Shown piece after piece: positions 42,583 to 52,108 of a stretch of 57,545 nt of DNA. Below the pieces are notes generated by a model, which was not told the DNA's origin, ran no database searches, and saw only the letters and a program-made list of their open reading frames with translations. The first letter of the stretch is position 1, and every line of letters begins with the position of its first letter. The stretch lies in the IMG/VR virus record IMGVR_UViG_3300024243_000020, positions 1 to 57,545 of that record; one strand, 5' to 3'. The translations under genes and the position numbers were made by a program. Origin of the DNA: a virus (Duplodnaviria; Caudoviricetes).

Positions 42583-42828
42583 TTACCAGCTTCTTATCAT
42601 ATCCAATGTTTCTTTGTCAATCAGTTCACTGGTATCAGATATGTCTATCCGATCATCTAATTCTTCCTCGTTAATATTTTGTTGAATATTAATTTTAGCT
42701 TCTGATACTAATCGTAATATACCCAACACATCTTCTAATGTAGTATAATCATCATCAGCCAACATATCTTCAATCAATGTTATTGATGTATTAATATTAT
42801 CAAAAATATTTTCCATATCATATCGCAT
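42583..42828 (-). CDS. Hypothetical acidic protein
   Basis: ORF abutting neighbours. Confidence 0.6.
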   Translation of the reverse strand: MRYDMENIFDNINTSITLIEDMLADDDYTTLEDVLGILRLVSEAKINIQQNINEEELDDRIDISDTSELIDKETLDMIRSW

Positions 42829-43119
42829 TTATGAATCTCCAATTGTTGTAGATTTTAAATCAATATTATTTTCTTTTAAAAATTCATTCATTTCATCAAA
42901 TGATTCTGATTCATTCATATCATCATGTAATGGTATATCCAACTCTGATTCTATCATTTCATTTAATTCATCCAATTGTGCATCAAATTCAACTTTCAAA
43001 TTATCCTTACCATTTATGATTAATGTATCAACCAAAGCTTCAACTACAATTGTCATGTTCTTAACATGATTAAATAATATTCGTTGTCTATTTTCTAGTT
43101 CTTTAATTTTCTTTTTCAT
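42829..43119 (-). CDS. Hypothetical protein
   Basis: ORF directly after a promoter-like motif. Confidence 0.6.
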   Translation of the reverse strand: MKKKIKELENRQRILFNHVKNMTIVVEALVDTLIINGKDNLKVEFDAQLDELNEMIESELDIPLHDDMNESESFDEMNEFLKENNIDLKSTTIGDS

Positions 43120-43123
43120 ATAC

Positions 43124-43163
43124 TAATAAATATAGTCTAAAATCACTAAAACAACAACTTTTT
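43124..43163 (-). promoter_or_regulatory. Repeated putative phage promoter
   Basis: AAAAAGTTGTTG...TTTTAGACTATATTTAT on minus strand; close copies near 14593..14632 and 47236..47275. Confidence 0.6.
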
Positions 43164-43167
43164 CATT

Positions 43168-43737
43168 TTAATCAGCAATTATTATCCAATCGTTCAATAA
43201 ATATTGAGATGCCTTTTTATATTTTATTACTTTTGTCTGCACACCATCTGATATTGTTATCTTTTCATTTGGTTTATATTTCGTCTTCACTGTTCTCATA
43301 ATTGTCTTAATTCGTCGATCATACATGGTTTTACCATCCAAGTGATCTATCTCATGTTGAATTGCAATACATTCTAAAGTCTTGTGGTGATTGTTTGGCA
43401 TTACTTCAAATACCATATCATCATAATTATCTGATGATACTGTTACTTTTGAAAATCTTTCAGTTTTAATTTTTTTATTTTTAAATGATAAACATGATTC
43501 TAAATATATATATTTTCCAGATGATTCAATAATTTCTGGATTTATAAAATATAATGGTTCATCGATATTTAAAACACATACTCGTTTATTTATTCCAATT
43601 TGATTTGCCGCTAATGCCACTCCAGTTTTATGTAATTTTAATTCATTTAATAATTTAGCCGATATTTCTTCACCTTCAATTATATCATTGACTTTTTCAC
43701 ATTCTTTTGATAATCTATATTTGTCTGTTACTATCAT
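43168..43737 (-). CDS. def: Peptide deformylase
   Basis: GVALAANQIG, ESCLS, QHEIDHLDG motifs. Confidence 0.93.
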   Translation of the reverse strand: MIVTDKYRLSKECEKVNDIIEGEEISAKLLNELKLHKTGVALAANQIGINKRVCVLNIDEPLYFINPEIIESSGKYIYLESCLSFKNKKIKTERFSKVTVSSDNYDDMVFEVMPNNHHKTLECIAIQHEIDHLDGKTMYDRRIKTIMRTVKTKYKPNEKITISDGVQTKVIKYKKASQYLLNDWIIIAD

Positions 43738-44183
43738 TTTAATTTACCATTTAGTTTTTCAATTTTTTTAAAGAGTCTTGTTTTATAAGACTTTCTGTGT
43801 TCTTTCGCTAATTCTTTTTTTAGCTTTGAAATTTCAACCAATATCACATCATCATCAGTTTTAGATTTTTTCTTTTTCCGTTTTATTTTAGTTGGTTTCA
43901 ATGTGCCTTTTAATTCTGGCTGTTCAACTCCTTTATGAAATACCTTTCCAGTTTTATCAACATACTCTGCCATAAAATGCCATCCAACTGGTCGTTTAAA
44001 ATTTACTTTTTTCAAATACAATCGTTCTAAAAGTTCAGTAGGCCAAGTTTCTCTACAAACACATCTCCAACATATCACTGCATGTGTATCTCCAGCACAC
44101 TTCTCATTGTGACAATCACATAGTTTACAATAAAGATATTTATCAGCCAAGTCTCGTAATTTAGCTGTTATTTTTGTTTTCAT
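43734..44183 (-). CDS. Hypothetical zinc-finger basic protein
   Basis: CKLC...CWRC; Lys-rich C-terminus. Confidence 0.65.
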   Translation of the reverse strand: MKTKITAKLRDLADKYLYCKLCDCHNEKCAGDTHAVICWRCVCRETWPTELLERLYLKKVNFKRPVGWHFMAEYVDKTGKVFHKGVEQPELKGTLKPTKIKRKKKKSKTDDDVILVEISKLKKELAKEHRKSYKTRLFKKIEKLNGKLK

Positions 44184-44187
44184 TTAA

Positions 44188-44727
44188 TCACTTTACCAAT
44201 TTAAATTCATTCCCACCAAATCTAACTGTTTTGATTGATGATAATTTCACATCTCTAATAATAACTTCACGGTCAACATCTTGTCTTGAATCATATCTTT
44301 TTGGTAAAAATGTTTTCAATTCTGATAAGTTATTCTTAACAACCGTTTTACCAGCTACAGTACATGTTTCATCAATAACTTCTTCACCATTTAAAACATA
44401 TTTAATGTCTTTGGTGCCTTCAACTTTTAATTGGAGATAGTAATTTCCTTTATGTTCAACAAATTTTCTACCTTCCATTAATGTTCCCCATTTACGAGGT
44501 TTTGCATCAAATACTTCAGCAATCTCTTCACGATTTCTTTGACTGTTTACTGAATTCTCATAATCAAAACCAATACAGCCATTTAATGTCTGAGTTTTCA
44601 TTGCACCCAAATATGGATTATTTGTTTTTAGCATACGTGGATCAGTCTCAGTGGAACATGACACAAATGTAGTGCCTTTATAATTATTTATTTGTTCAAC
44701 AAATTCTTTATGTGTCATTTCATTCAT
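44188..44727 (-). CDS. Hypothetical phage protein
   Basis: ORF with GAGG upstream and its own promoter-like TTG...TATATTTA. Confidence 0.65.
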   Translation of the reverse strand: MNEMTHKEFVEQINNYKGTTFVSCSTETDPRMLKTNNPYLGAMKTQTLNGCIGFDYENSVNSQRNREEIAEVFDAKPRKWGTLMEGRKFVEHKGNYYLQLKVEGTKDIKYVLNGEEVIDETCTVAGKTVVKNNLSELKTFLPKRYDSRQDVDREVIIRDVKLSSIKTVRFGGNEFKLVK

Positions 44728-44811
44728 TTTGTTGCCTCATCAATTGTTAAATTCTTGTCTCTCATAACTACTTAAATATACGAAGAAGTAAGTAGGTAAT
44801 ACAAGAAACAT

Positions 44812-45384
44812 TTAAATTATTTTTCTAATCTCTTTTAATCTGTTGATTTCATATTTCATATGCCGATAATTTTCATGCATATTATATGCAGTCACAAATC
44901 TGATAGCTTTTTTACCTGAGTCTTCAACACTATATAATACCTGATTATTATCATCGATCATCCAATCAATATCAAAATCCTTTTTAGTATCATGTCCACT
45001 TGACCAATATACATCATCAAATCTTAAATTGTGTTTATCTATCCAATATTTAGAATATTCCATAACTTCTTCAGTTGGCTGATATGAAACTAAACATAAT
45101 TCATGTCCATTATCATGTAGATATTTTCGTATTTTATTAAAATCTACAATTGAAGTAGCTATTGGTGGAGCTTGAGTATAAATGTATTCCGTAATGTCTC
45201 CACTACGGAATACATAATCATCACTTTCTTTTTCAGTCCAAAATGGCAACCACTGTGTGAAACTATATCCCAACATTGGTAATTCTACTTTGTGTATTAA
45301 TGATGGATTGTGTATCGCTATTGCTTGTACAACACCAGAAACAAAATCTCTCAATACACCATCTAAATCTATACCAATTCTCAT
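44812..45384 (-). CDS. HAD-family 5'(3')-deoxyribonucleotidase-like protein
   Basis: IGIDLDGVLRDF motif I; MIDD motif IV. Confidence 0.85.
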   Translation of the reverse strand: MRIGIDLDGVLRDFVSGVVQAIAIHNPSLIHKVELPMLGYSFTQWLPFWTEKESDDYVFRSGDITEYIYTQAPPIATSIVDFNKIRKYLHDNGHELCLVSYQPTEEVMEYSKYWIDKHNLRFDDVYWSSGHDTKKDFDIDWMIDDNNQVLYSVEDSGKKAIRFVTAYNMHENYRHMKYEINRLKEIRKII

Positions 45385-45400
45385 GAAAAATATACTTTAT

Positions 45401-46183
45401 TTAAAATAAAGTTTTAGTGAATCGAATTGTCCAAACATCACTGTCTGAGCAATCTACAATGAAAAACAAATCTTTTTCTAATTTGTATCCAACACCATAT
45501 TCAAAATCTTCATCTGAATTATATCCACCTGTGAAAATGAAATTATTTGGTGTATTCAATGTAGCTCTTGTCCAATATGAATCCTCATCTGAATCCAAAT
45601 CGTATTCACCCATCACATTAAGTGACAATGAATCACCAAAGACAATATCAGTTTTCCAATCAAATGTTTTATTATTTTGATTGTCAAATGAAACTCCAAA
45701 CATACCAGAGCTTACTCTATATGCTAGATATTCTTCATAAGGATTGATGTCATTAGAATAAAACACATCCAATGTTGCCAACCACAAATCAGTGCTTAAT
45801 CCAATACCATTTGCAGTACCATCAGTCACTGTTGAACTAATAGTTCCTGGTACAGTACTAAACATATTGACTGTTGGTTTTCTCAAGTCCCATGTAATAC
45901 CATATGGTGTTGGTTGTAGTCCAAATATAATATCAGTATTTAACATACCCATATTATATGTGAAATTCATCTCTTCAACTTTAAATGTTAAATCAGATGA
46001 TACATTAATACCTAATTTCCAATCATTTACACCAACGTCGATACCAACATATGGCATCGTAACATCAGTTTGATTGTCTTGATTGATGATTGCTGTACTC
46101 ATCTCACCATTAAATTGAGTTTGAGCGGTTACAATCGATGTAAACATGATTAGCGTTACAAGCAATGCTGTAAGTTTTTTCAT
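45401..46183 (-). CDS. Secreted outer-membrane beta-barrel (porin-like) protein
   Basis: Signal peptide MKKLTALLVTLIMFTSIVTA; alternating amphipathic strands; FGLQPTPYG; terminal Phe. Confidence 0.6.
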   Translation of the reverse strand: MKKLTALLVTLIMFTSIVTAQTQFNGEMSTAIINQDNQTDVTMPYVGIDVGVNDWKLGINVSSDLTFKVEEMNFTYNMGMLNTDIIFGLQPTPYGITWDLRKPTVNMFSTVPGTISSTVTDGTANGIGLSTDLWLATLDVFYSNDINPYEEYLAYRVSSGMFGVSFDNQNNKTFDWKTDIVFGDSLSLNVMGEYDLDSDEDSYWTRATLNTPNNFIFTGGYNSDEDFEYGVGYKLEKDLFFIVDCSDSDVWTIRFTKTLF

Positions 46184-46263
46184 ATTCTTCCCTTTCTTTT
46201 GTTTTAATTTATCTTGTTGATCTTCAACAAGAACTTTCTTTCAGTTTTTTGTTTTATATACTT

Positions 46264-47127
46264 TTATACCTTAGTGCCACATCCAGAACAATATGTCCAT
46301 TTTGGGTGTATTTTGCGACTACAGCTAGTACAATATCGTCTTAATCTACTGTCATTTACAGTTAATAACTTTTCAGATTCTGGTAATAATTTATATCTTA
46401 TTGTTTCAAATGAATAAGAATTAAATTTATTATATGCATTAGTGAACTCTTGTTTTGAAGTTCCACCCATCTCAACTCTACCAGTTTCAATTAAATCATC
46501 ACCACTATCATCATCAGCAACTTTATCACCAATAGATATAGAATCATTTAATACGGTAGCTTTAACTCTTGCACCCCTCGCCTGTGATAAAGATGATGCT
46601 GAAAATGATGTATTAGTAGTTAATGTGCCACCTGTGCCACAATCTCGTTCAAATAATAAGCCACGTTTATTCGTAGTACCATGATTATTGAACCAATCAG
46701 ATTCAAACGTGTGTGTACCACCTATCCAAGTTATTGGAAAGTCTGGTACTTGTTCCTTATAATAGATAATTTCAACATTTCCATTATTCTTTATTGCTTC
46801 TTTTGATTGTTCATTTTTTGCTTCTATATTATACGTATTGAAAATAAACTTTCGTTGATCTTCTAAATATCTATCTAGAAATACATGCTCACCAGGTTTC
46901 AATACAATACCAGATGCTGATATTAAATTATCATCTAACTTGATTCGTGCTAATACAGTACCTCTTGTGTTATTTGATAATTCAATTTCAAATTCAGTTC
47001 CATCTTTTAAATAAATTATATTCTTATCGTATTTTGGTCTTCTATTTTTATTAACTGTTATCTCTGCTAAAACGTGTTCTTTGAAATCATAAGTCGTATT
47101 AACGCTTATGCGTCTTGTTGTTTTCAT
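46264..47127 (-). CDS. Hypothetical protein with C-terminal double zinc ribbon
   Basis: YCTSC...YCSGCGTK; IETGRVEMG; AGGAG upstream. Confidence 0.7.
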   Translation of the reverse strand: MKTTRRISVNTTYDFKEHVLAEITVNKNRRPKYDKNIIYLKDGTEFEIELSNNTRGTVLARIKLDDNLISASGIVLKPGEHVFLDRYLEDQRKFIFNTYNIEAKNEQSKEAIKNNGNVEIIYYKEQVPDFPITWIGGTHTFESDWFNNHGTTNKRGLLFERDCGTGGTLTTNTSFSASSLSQARGARVKATVLNDSISIGDKVADDDSGDDLIETGRVEMGGTSKQEFTNAYNKFNSYSFETIRYKLLPESEKLLTVNDSRLRRYCTSCSRKIHPKWTYCSGCGTKV

Positions 47128-47157
47128 AATAATAAACTCCTATTTATATTAATATAC

Positions 47158-47221
47158 GTGCAGTCTCAATTCATATAATCGAAGTTATATTCAAATGTTA
47201 CCATAACACTTGAGATAGCAC
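47158..47221 (-). promoter_or_regulatory. Structured leader RNA (three-way junction)
   Basis: GTGC/GCAC and TCTCAA/TTGAGA closing stems enclosing GTGTTA/TAACAT and ATATAA/TTATAT hairpins. Confidence 0.5.
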
Positions 47222-47471
47222 AATTAGTCTATACATATATAAATATAGTCTAAAATCGGTAAGTCAACAAGTTTTTTTATTTTTTTTTATATTAGTCACT
47301 TAATCGTTCTGCTAATCCAAAAATCCAACTTGCAAAAAATCCAACTCCTGCAATTATAATTGGTGTTGATTCTAATTCAATTCCACCTGAAATTACAAAT
47401 ACAGATGTAATGAAATTTAGAAATAATCTTAATACTCCATATTTATTTAATGTTGACATGATTCTCCTTTC

Positions 47472-48509
47472 TTATCTTTTTCGTTTAATTTTAAAACCAA
47501 TCACATTATCAGCACCATCCTCAGTCGTATCAAATCCAATTCGATTTTGATCATCGGATGATCCACCCACATCATGTAATTTAGCTTGATATGATTTTGC
47601 TGATAATCCTTTTCCACTTCGCATTTTATTTATGCGAGCTTTTACTGCATCATAACCCTTTTCATAAATTTTAAATGCAACTAACAACTCACGCATGTGA
47701 GCAAATGTCCAATCTTTTGTATCCTTTACAATATTGTCCAAATCTCGTTTTTTAATTTTTGGTATTTTACTTCTTACAAAAATACGTCTGTCTGCATCTG
47801 ATGGGAAATCTATATTTAATATCACATCAAATCTACCTGGTCTGTTTATTATTTTATCAGGCAACAATTCAGGATTATTCGTGGTTGCTATGAAAATCAT
47901 ATTACTTGATGCACTATTACTATCTAAAAAGTCCATCAATGCATCTTCCCAACCATCATGAAATACTTTCTCAATATCTTCAGCAGTCACTATGAATGGC
48001 CTATTTGGTTCAATTTCTCTAAAAGCAGCTATTGCAATCTTTGCTTGCTCACCCCATTTAAATACAACTCCACCTTCTGCTATGAATGCATTTACTATTT
48101 CTAATATGGCAACTGTTTTTCCAGTTCCAGGTGGACCCCATAATAAAAATCCACGATTGTGATCTTCATTCATTTCTAAATATTTGTCACGAAGATTAAA
48201 AAATTCAAAGCATTCTGATTTTAAAATGTTTATCTTTGAATCTTTTAGTTGTAAAATGTTTTTAGTCTTACTGGATATTTTAGAAAAATAAGCATTACCA
48301 GTTTGATGATTAAATATACTTTCATAATATCCAGGACTTAATCTATCTACTGAATCTTCTATTGGATAATATTTACCATATCCATCTACTTGATATTTAC
48401 GTAATTTTTTATCATTATTAGTTTTCTCTTCAGTGTTCGATGGATATGCTACCTCTGGCTCGTCTAGGTTAAACAACTCCTCAAGTAATCTCACTCTATG
48501 TGCTTTCAT
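47472..48509 (-). CDS. AAA+ ATPase
   Basis: WGPPGTGKT, AEDIE, ATTNNPE, NRPGRFD. Confidence 0.9.
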   Translation of the reverse strand: MKAHRVRLLEELFNLDEPEVAYPSNTEEKTNNDKKLRKYQVDGYGKYYPIEDSVDRLSPGYYESIFNHQTGNAYFSKISSKTKNILQLKDSKINILKSECFEFFNLRDKYLEMNEDHNRGFLLWGPPGTGKTVAILEIVNAFIAEGGVVFKWGEQAKIAIAAFREIEPNRPFIVTAEDIEKVFHDGWEDALMDFLDSNSASSNMIFIATTNNPELLPDKIINRPGRFDVILNIDFPSDADRRIFVRSKIPKIKKRDLDNIVKDTKDWTFAHMRELLVAFKIYEKGYDAVKARINKMRSGKGLSAKSYQAKLHDVGGSSDDQNRIGFDTTEDGADNVIGFKIKRKR

Positions 48510-48532
48510 ATAATCATATTTCCGTATTTAAT

Positions 48533-48988
48533 TTATTTTTTATTTTTTTTCCAAAACTCTTGATGAAACCTGTAATCAATTATCTTTACACTTTTTATCT
48601 CTTTCATTTTATATGTTCGATATACACTATTTGTTATTTTTGATTTTAAAACCTTCTTTAAACGTGAATAATAAAACTTCTGTGAATTTGATATATCAAC
48701 CTTAAAAAAAGGTAGTCTTAGCTTATCTAAAAATTTACTTCTCTTGGTTAATGTCTCACCCGTTATTTTTATTATCGTCTGTAATTGATCTTCACTGACA
48801 TAATTTATATTTAAGCCATGTAATAAATTCTTTTTATCTTTTCCTAAATATAATACATATGGATTTTTATCATGTACGTTTTTTCCAGAATATGAAAAAC
48901 GAATGATATGTCCAGGTTTAAATTTACCTTTGACTTTTGATCTTTTTTCTGATATAATGTTCTTTTTATGTTCTCTTAAATATTTCAT
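48533..48988 (-). CDS. Possible DNA end-protector (T4 gp2-like) protein
   Basis: GHIIRFSY...DKNPYVL...HGLNINY pattern; basic. Confidence 0.4.
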   Translation of the reverse strand: MKYLREHKKNIISEKRSKVKGKFKPGHIIRFSYSGKNVHDKNPYVLYLGKDKKNLLHGLNINYVSEDQLQTIIKITGETLTKRSKFLDKLRLPFFKVDISNSQKFYYSRLKKVLKSKITNSVYRTYKMKEIKSVKIIDYRFHQEFWKKNKK

Positions 48989-48995
48989 ATTTTTG

Positions 48996-49070
48996 TACTC
49001 CCGAAAGGATTTGAACCTTCATGTGTCGTTAGCCTTTCAACGGGATCGAACTCCGAGGGCATACGGGAGC
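48996..49070 (-). ncRNA. Atypical tRNA-Arg(TCG)-like RNA lacking a canonical D arm
   Basis: GCTCCCG/CGGGAGT acceptor, GAAGG-TTCAAAT-CCTTT T arm, loop GT-TCG-AT; only ~6 nt before the anticodon arm, ~20 nt after it. Confidence 0.6.
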
Positions 49071-49072
49071 AT

Positions 49073-49165
49073 TGGCGGAGGATAAGAGATTCGAACTCTT
49101 GCAACGTATTTCTACGTGTTAGTCGGTTAGCAACCGAGCCTCTTAGACCACTTGAGTAATCCTCC
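49073..49165 (-). tRNA. tRNA-Ser(GCT)
   Basis: Cloverleaf, loop TT-GCT-AA, long variable arm, encoded CCA. Confidence 0.93.
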
Positions 49166-49317
49166 ATTTATTTTTTTATATTAATCAATAATCGAGTTGA
49201 GCTTTGATTTTAAGTCTTAATAATGCAATTTCAACCTGTTGTATTAAATCTTCATGACTATCTTCAACCAAACCATTTTTAACAAGTTCAATTATGTCGA
49301 TTGCGTCAGTTCTCATA

Positions 49318-49581
49318 CTACCCATTAGTTGTTCCTTTTATTTTAATTACTTTTATGTCTTTGATATCTTCATTATTTTTTATTGTACTATTTTCAATGC
49401 GTTTTATTTTATTCACAATTAATTCTTGACCACAATCACATATGAATCTGGTAATGTTTTTACCAATACCACTTCCAATAAACGTTGTACGACATGATGG
49501 ACAAACATATTCTGATCTTTCAGCTGTCACGGTTTTATATGTGATATCAACTTTTTTTGCTCGTTTTGTTATTCGTTTCAC
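49318..49581 (-). CDS. Zinc-ribbon hypothetical protein
   Basis: CPSC...CDCG. Confidence 0.6.
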   Translation of the reverse strand: MKRITKRAKKVDITYKTVTAERSEYVCPSCRTTFIGSGIGKNITRFICDCGQELIVNKIKRIENSTIKNNEDIKDIKVIKIKGTTNG

Positions 49582-49585
49582 AATA

Positions 49586-49792
49586 TTACCATTTTATTGT
49601 TAAATCTTCTACACTCTCAATATCTATTTCATACTGACCTTCAATGTGTTTTCGTTGAATGAGGGTGCTTCTAGCATTATTAAACGAAGCATCATCTGGA
49701 ATTTTTATTAAAGCATAACCCTGTCCTTCATCAGCTGTACCTTGACAATATGTTACATATGTATATGACAATAATCTATATTCCCAATTCAT
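49586..49792 (-). CDS. Hypothetical protein
   Basis: ORF with ATGA overlap. Confidence 0.55.
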   Translation of the reverse strand: MNWEYRLLSYTYVTYCQGTADEGQGYALIKIPDDASFNNARSTLIQRKHIEGQYEIDIESVEDLTIKW

Positions 49793-50022
49793 AAATTGTT
49801 TAATCCTCTATCTTCAAATTCATCGTCCATCAATTGAAAATAATTTGTTTTTTTAATGCGCTCACAACATGACTTTTCTGACTCCATAAAATCAAATATA
49901 TTTAATGTTCTTAAATCTACAAGTTCATTAAAGCATTCGTAACAGATATATCCATGTATATAACTATATCTATCACACATAATGTTATCACATCCATATC
50001 TGGCACATGCTAATACACTCAT
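49789..50022 (-). CDS. Cys-rich hypothetical protein (start moved to ATG 50022)
   Basis: MSVLACARYGCDNIMCDRYS...CYEC; starts just after the stop of the YkuK-like gene. Confidence 0.6.
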   Translation of the reverse strand: MSVLACARYGCDNIMCDRYSYIHGYICYECFNELVDLRTLNIFDFMESEKSCCERIKKTNYFQLMDDEFEDRGLNNL

Positions 50023-50023
50023 A

Positions 50024-50518
50024 CTATCTAACTCTCGCATCTGCAACACAACTTGAAGCCCATGCTTCTGGTTTTGCTTTTCCAACAAATCCCATACCAA
50101 CAATATAACCAAGACATAGTTGTACAACTTCTGATGAAGCGTATTTTGAATTTGGATTTACATCAGCATGAATTTCATTAACTTCCAATCCTACTTTTTC
50201 AAGTATTGGATTAATCTTAACAGCAACATCAACCGCTTGATATGTTTCCATAAATAATCGTTGTCTTCGGCTTACATGTTTATCAATTTTATTATCACTG
50301 AAATAGATTCTTCCACCTTTACCTTCATTGATAACGATAATCACGGCAACATATTTAATGAATTTTCTATGCACTTGTGAATCAGCACCAACAATGACTT
50401 TTAATTTAGTATCATTTCGTTCTGCATTTGCGATATCAGTTAACAACGTTTCTTCGATATTTTCAATCTTTTCATTTGTTCCGAATCGCTTCCACTTATG
50501 TTCTATGTAATTTGACAT
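50024..50518 (-). CDS. RNase H-like YkuK (DUF458) family protein
   Basis: VGADSQ, GKGG, EIHADVN, KPEAWASSCVAD. Confidence 0.85.
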   Translation of the reverse strand: MSNYIEHKWKRFGTNEKIENIEETLLTDIANAERNDTKLKVIVGADSQVHRKFIKYVAVIIVINEGKGGRIYFSDNKIDKHVSRRQRLFMETYQAVDVAVKINPILEKVGLEVNEIHADVNPNSKYASSEVVQLCLGYIVGMGFVGKAKPEAWASSCVADARVR

Positions 50519-50522
50519 TTTC

Positions 50523-50672
50523 TTAACCTTTTCTTCCTGCTAAACTTTGATATTTAGGTTTAATTTTTTTAAAACTATTACATCCACAGCAATGACATTT
50601 AGTTGGTTTGTTACCATATTCAGTATCACACTCTAAACATTTATAGTTTAAATAATAATGTGGAGTATTCAT
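50523..50672 (-). CDS. Small zinc-ribbon protein (start moved to ATG 50672)
   Basis: CLEC...CHCC; the longer call overlaps tRNA-Val. Confidence 0.5.
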   Translation of the reverse strand: MNTPHYYLNYKCLECDTEYGNKPTKCHCCGCNSFKKIKPKYQSLAGRKG

Positions 50673-50696
50673 TTTTCTTAACCTTTTCTTTTTGTG

Positions 50697-50769
50697 TGAG
50701 AGCAGAGGGACTTGAACCCACATCATGCTGAATGTAAATCAGTTGCTCAGCCAATTGAGCTATACTCCC
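50697..50769 (-). tRNA. tRNA-Val(TAC)
   Basis: Cloverleaf, loop TT-TAC-AT. Confidence 0.88.
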
Positions 50770-50779
50770 ATTATTGTTG

Positions 50780-50850
50780 TAGCCCCACCCAGAATCGAAC
50801 TGGAATCACATGCATATCAGGCACATATTCTACCGTTGAACTATAAGGCT
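50780..50850 (-). tRNA. tRNA-Ile(GAT)
   Basis: Cloverleaf, loop CT-GAT-AT. Confidence 0.88.
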
Positions 50851-51028
50851 ATATTCTTTATATAATATAAATATTGAGATGCTATTATTTATATATCATA
50901 TTTATCTTTTAAAAATTTTCTGTATTCAGGATTATGCTTTTCTATTTCTTTTAAATCATGTTGAAAACATAATCCAAAAAGTAAATGCATTATTATCACT
51001 ATTGCTATTAATAATAATAATCCCCACA

Positions 51029-51244
51029 TTATCTATTTTTCCAGCGTATTTTAAGTTTCTTGTAATGTATACCAACTCCAACAATTAACACGACTAAAGT
51101 AAATAAAGCTACCCTAACAGCAAGTTCGATATAAGTTAATGGTGTCGTTCCTATGAGTGCTATTATATACAGTACAATAAATGCTTGTATATAAACCCAT
51201 TTTAAATCTGAGACGATCTCCATTATAAATTTTAAATGTTTCAT
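51029..51244 (-). CDS. Small membrane protein
   Basis: Two hydrophobic helices, basic tail. Confidence 0.6.
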   Translation of the reverse strand: MKHLKFIMEIVSDLKWVYIQAFIVLYIIALIGTTPLTYIELAVRVALFTLVVLIVGVGIHYKKLKIRWKNR

Positions 51245-51257
51245 AATCTTTATATAA

Positions 51258-51446
51258 TTAAGAAACCAACTTAATCACAGATGATCTAACATCAGCTGGT
51301 TGTATTTCATACTGAATGGCGTGATATATCAATATCACAGATACATTTTCAGACATTGCAAGTATTATCGCTTCATCAATACACTCCGCTTTAGTCGTGC
51401 CTACATTTGCCGTTACAATTATTTGATCTTTTTCAATATGTTTCAT
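51258..51446 (-). CDS. Hypothetical protein
   Basis: ORF with AAGGAAG upstream. Confidence 0.55.
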   Translation of the reverse strand: MKHIEKDQIIVTANVGTTKAECIDEAIILAMSENVSVILIYHAIQYEIQPADVRSSVIKLVS

Positions 51447-51534
51447 TTATCTTCTTCCTTTTATTTTAACATGTCATAACTTAATACATTTTTATCATAT
51501 AAAAAAACATTTATTTTTTTTTATTTATTTCATG

Positions 51535-51619
51535 AGGAGGGGACAGGACTCGAACCTGCACGTCCTTGCGGACAACGGTGTTCAAAACCGTGGCGATACC
51601 AATTACGCTTTACCCCTCC
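51535..51619 (-). tRNA. tRNA-Ser(TGA)
   Basis: Cloverleaf, loop TT-TGA-AC, GTCC-GCAA-GGAC variable arm. Confidence 0.9.
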
Positions 51620-51635
51620 ATTTTTTTATTTTTTG

Positions 51636-51708
51636 TACTCTGGCCCAGAATCGAACTGGAATCTGAAATTTATAAGATTTCGGTTCTTGACCATTGAACT
51701 ACCAGAGT
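51636..51708 (-). tRNA. tRNA-Ile(TAT)
   Basis: Cloverleaf, GAAAT-CTTATAA-ATTTC anticodon arm, A73. Confidence 0.88.
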
Positions 51709-51853
51709 GTTGTTTAAAACTTATTTCTTCTCACTTGTTTTAATATCTGTTTTAATTCTTTTTTATTTAACTTAGAAAATCTATAAGAAAATAATGGTGT
51801 ATCAGTATACCAAAATGGTACTGTCCAACCTTTTACTTTTTTTTGCCACCACT

Positions 51854-52108
51854 TCATAATATATACGCTATATATTCATTTTCATTTATAATTTTAAATG
51901 CACTAGTATCATATGTAAAATGTTCCCAAGCTTTCTTTTCATTCTTTAACGCAAGTTGAGCATCTTTGTATGATTCAAACGGTATTATATCACCATCTTC
52001 ACTATAGTTAATATCATACCAATAATAACGAGGATTTCTATCATTAGGATTATGCATATCATTACTTAATATTTCATTATGATTAGTATCTATAATATAA
52101 TATTTCAT
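51854..52108 (-). CDS. Small paralog, MKYY...ExExxAxxL family
   Basis: MKYYIID, PFESYKDA, INENEYIAYIL. Confidence 0.8.
   Translation of the reverse strand: MKYYIIDTNHNEILSNDMHNPNDRNPRYYWYDINYSEDGDIIPFESYKDAQLALKNEKKAWEHFTYDTSAFKIINENEYIAYIL

Noticed and set aside
115-47961. Many plus-strand and off-frame ORFs in the track overlapping long minus-strand genes
   Set aside because: Antisense shadows of repetitive coding sequence (VVPIPT, His-rich or Met-rich translations) with no independent signals
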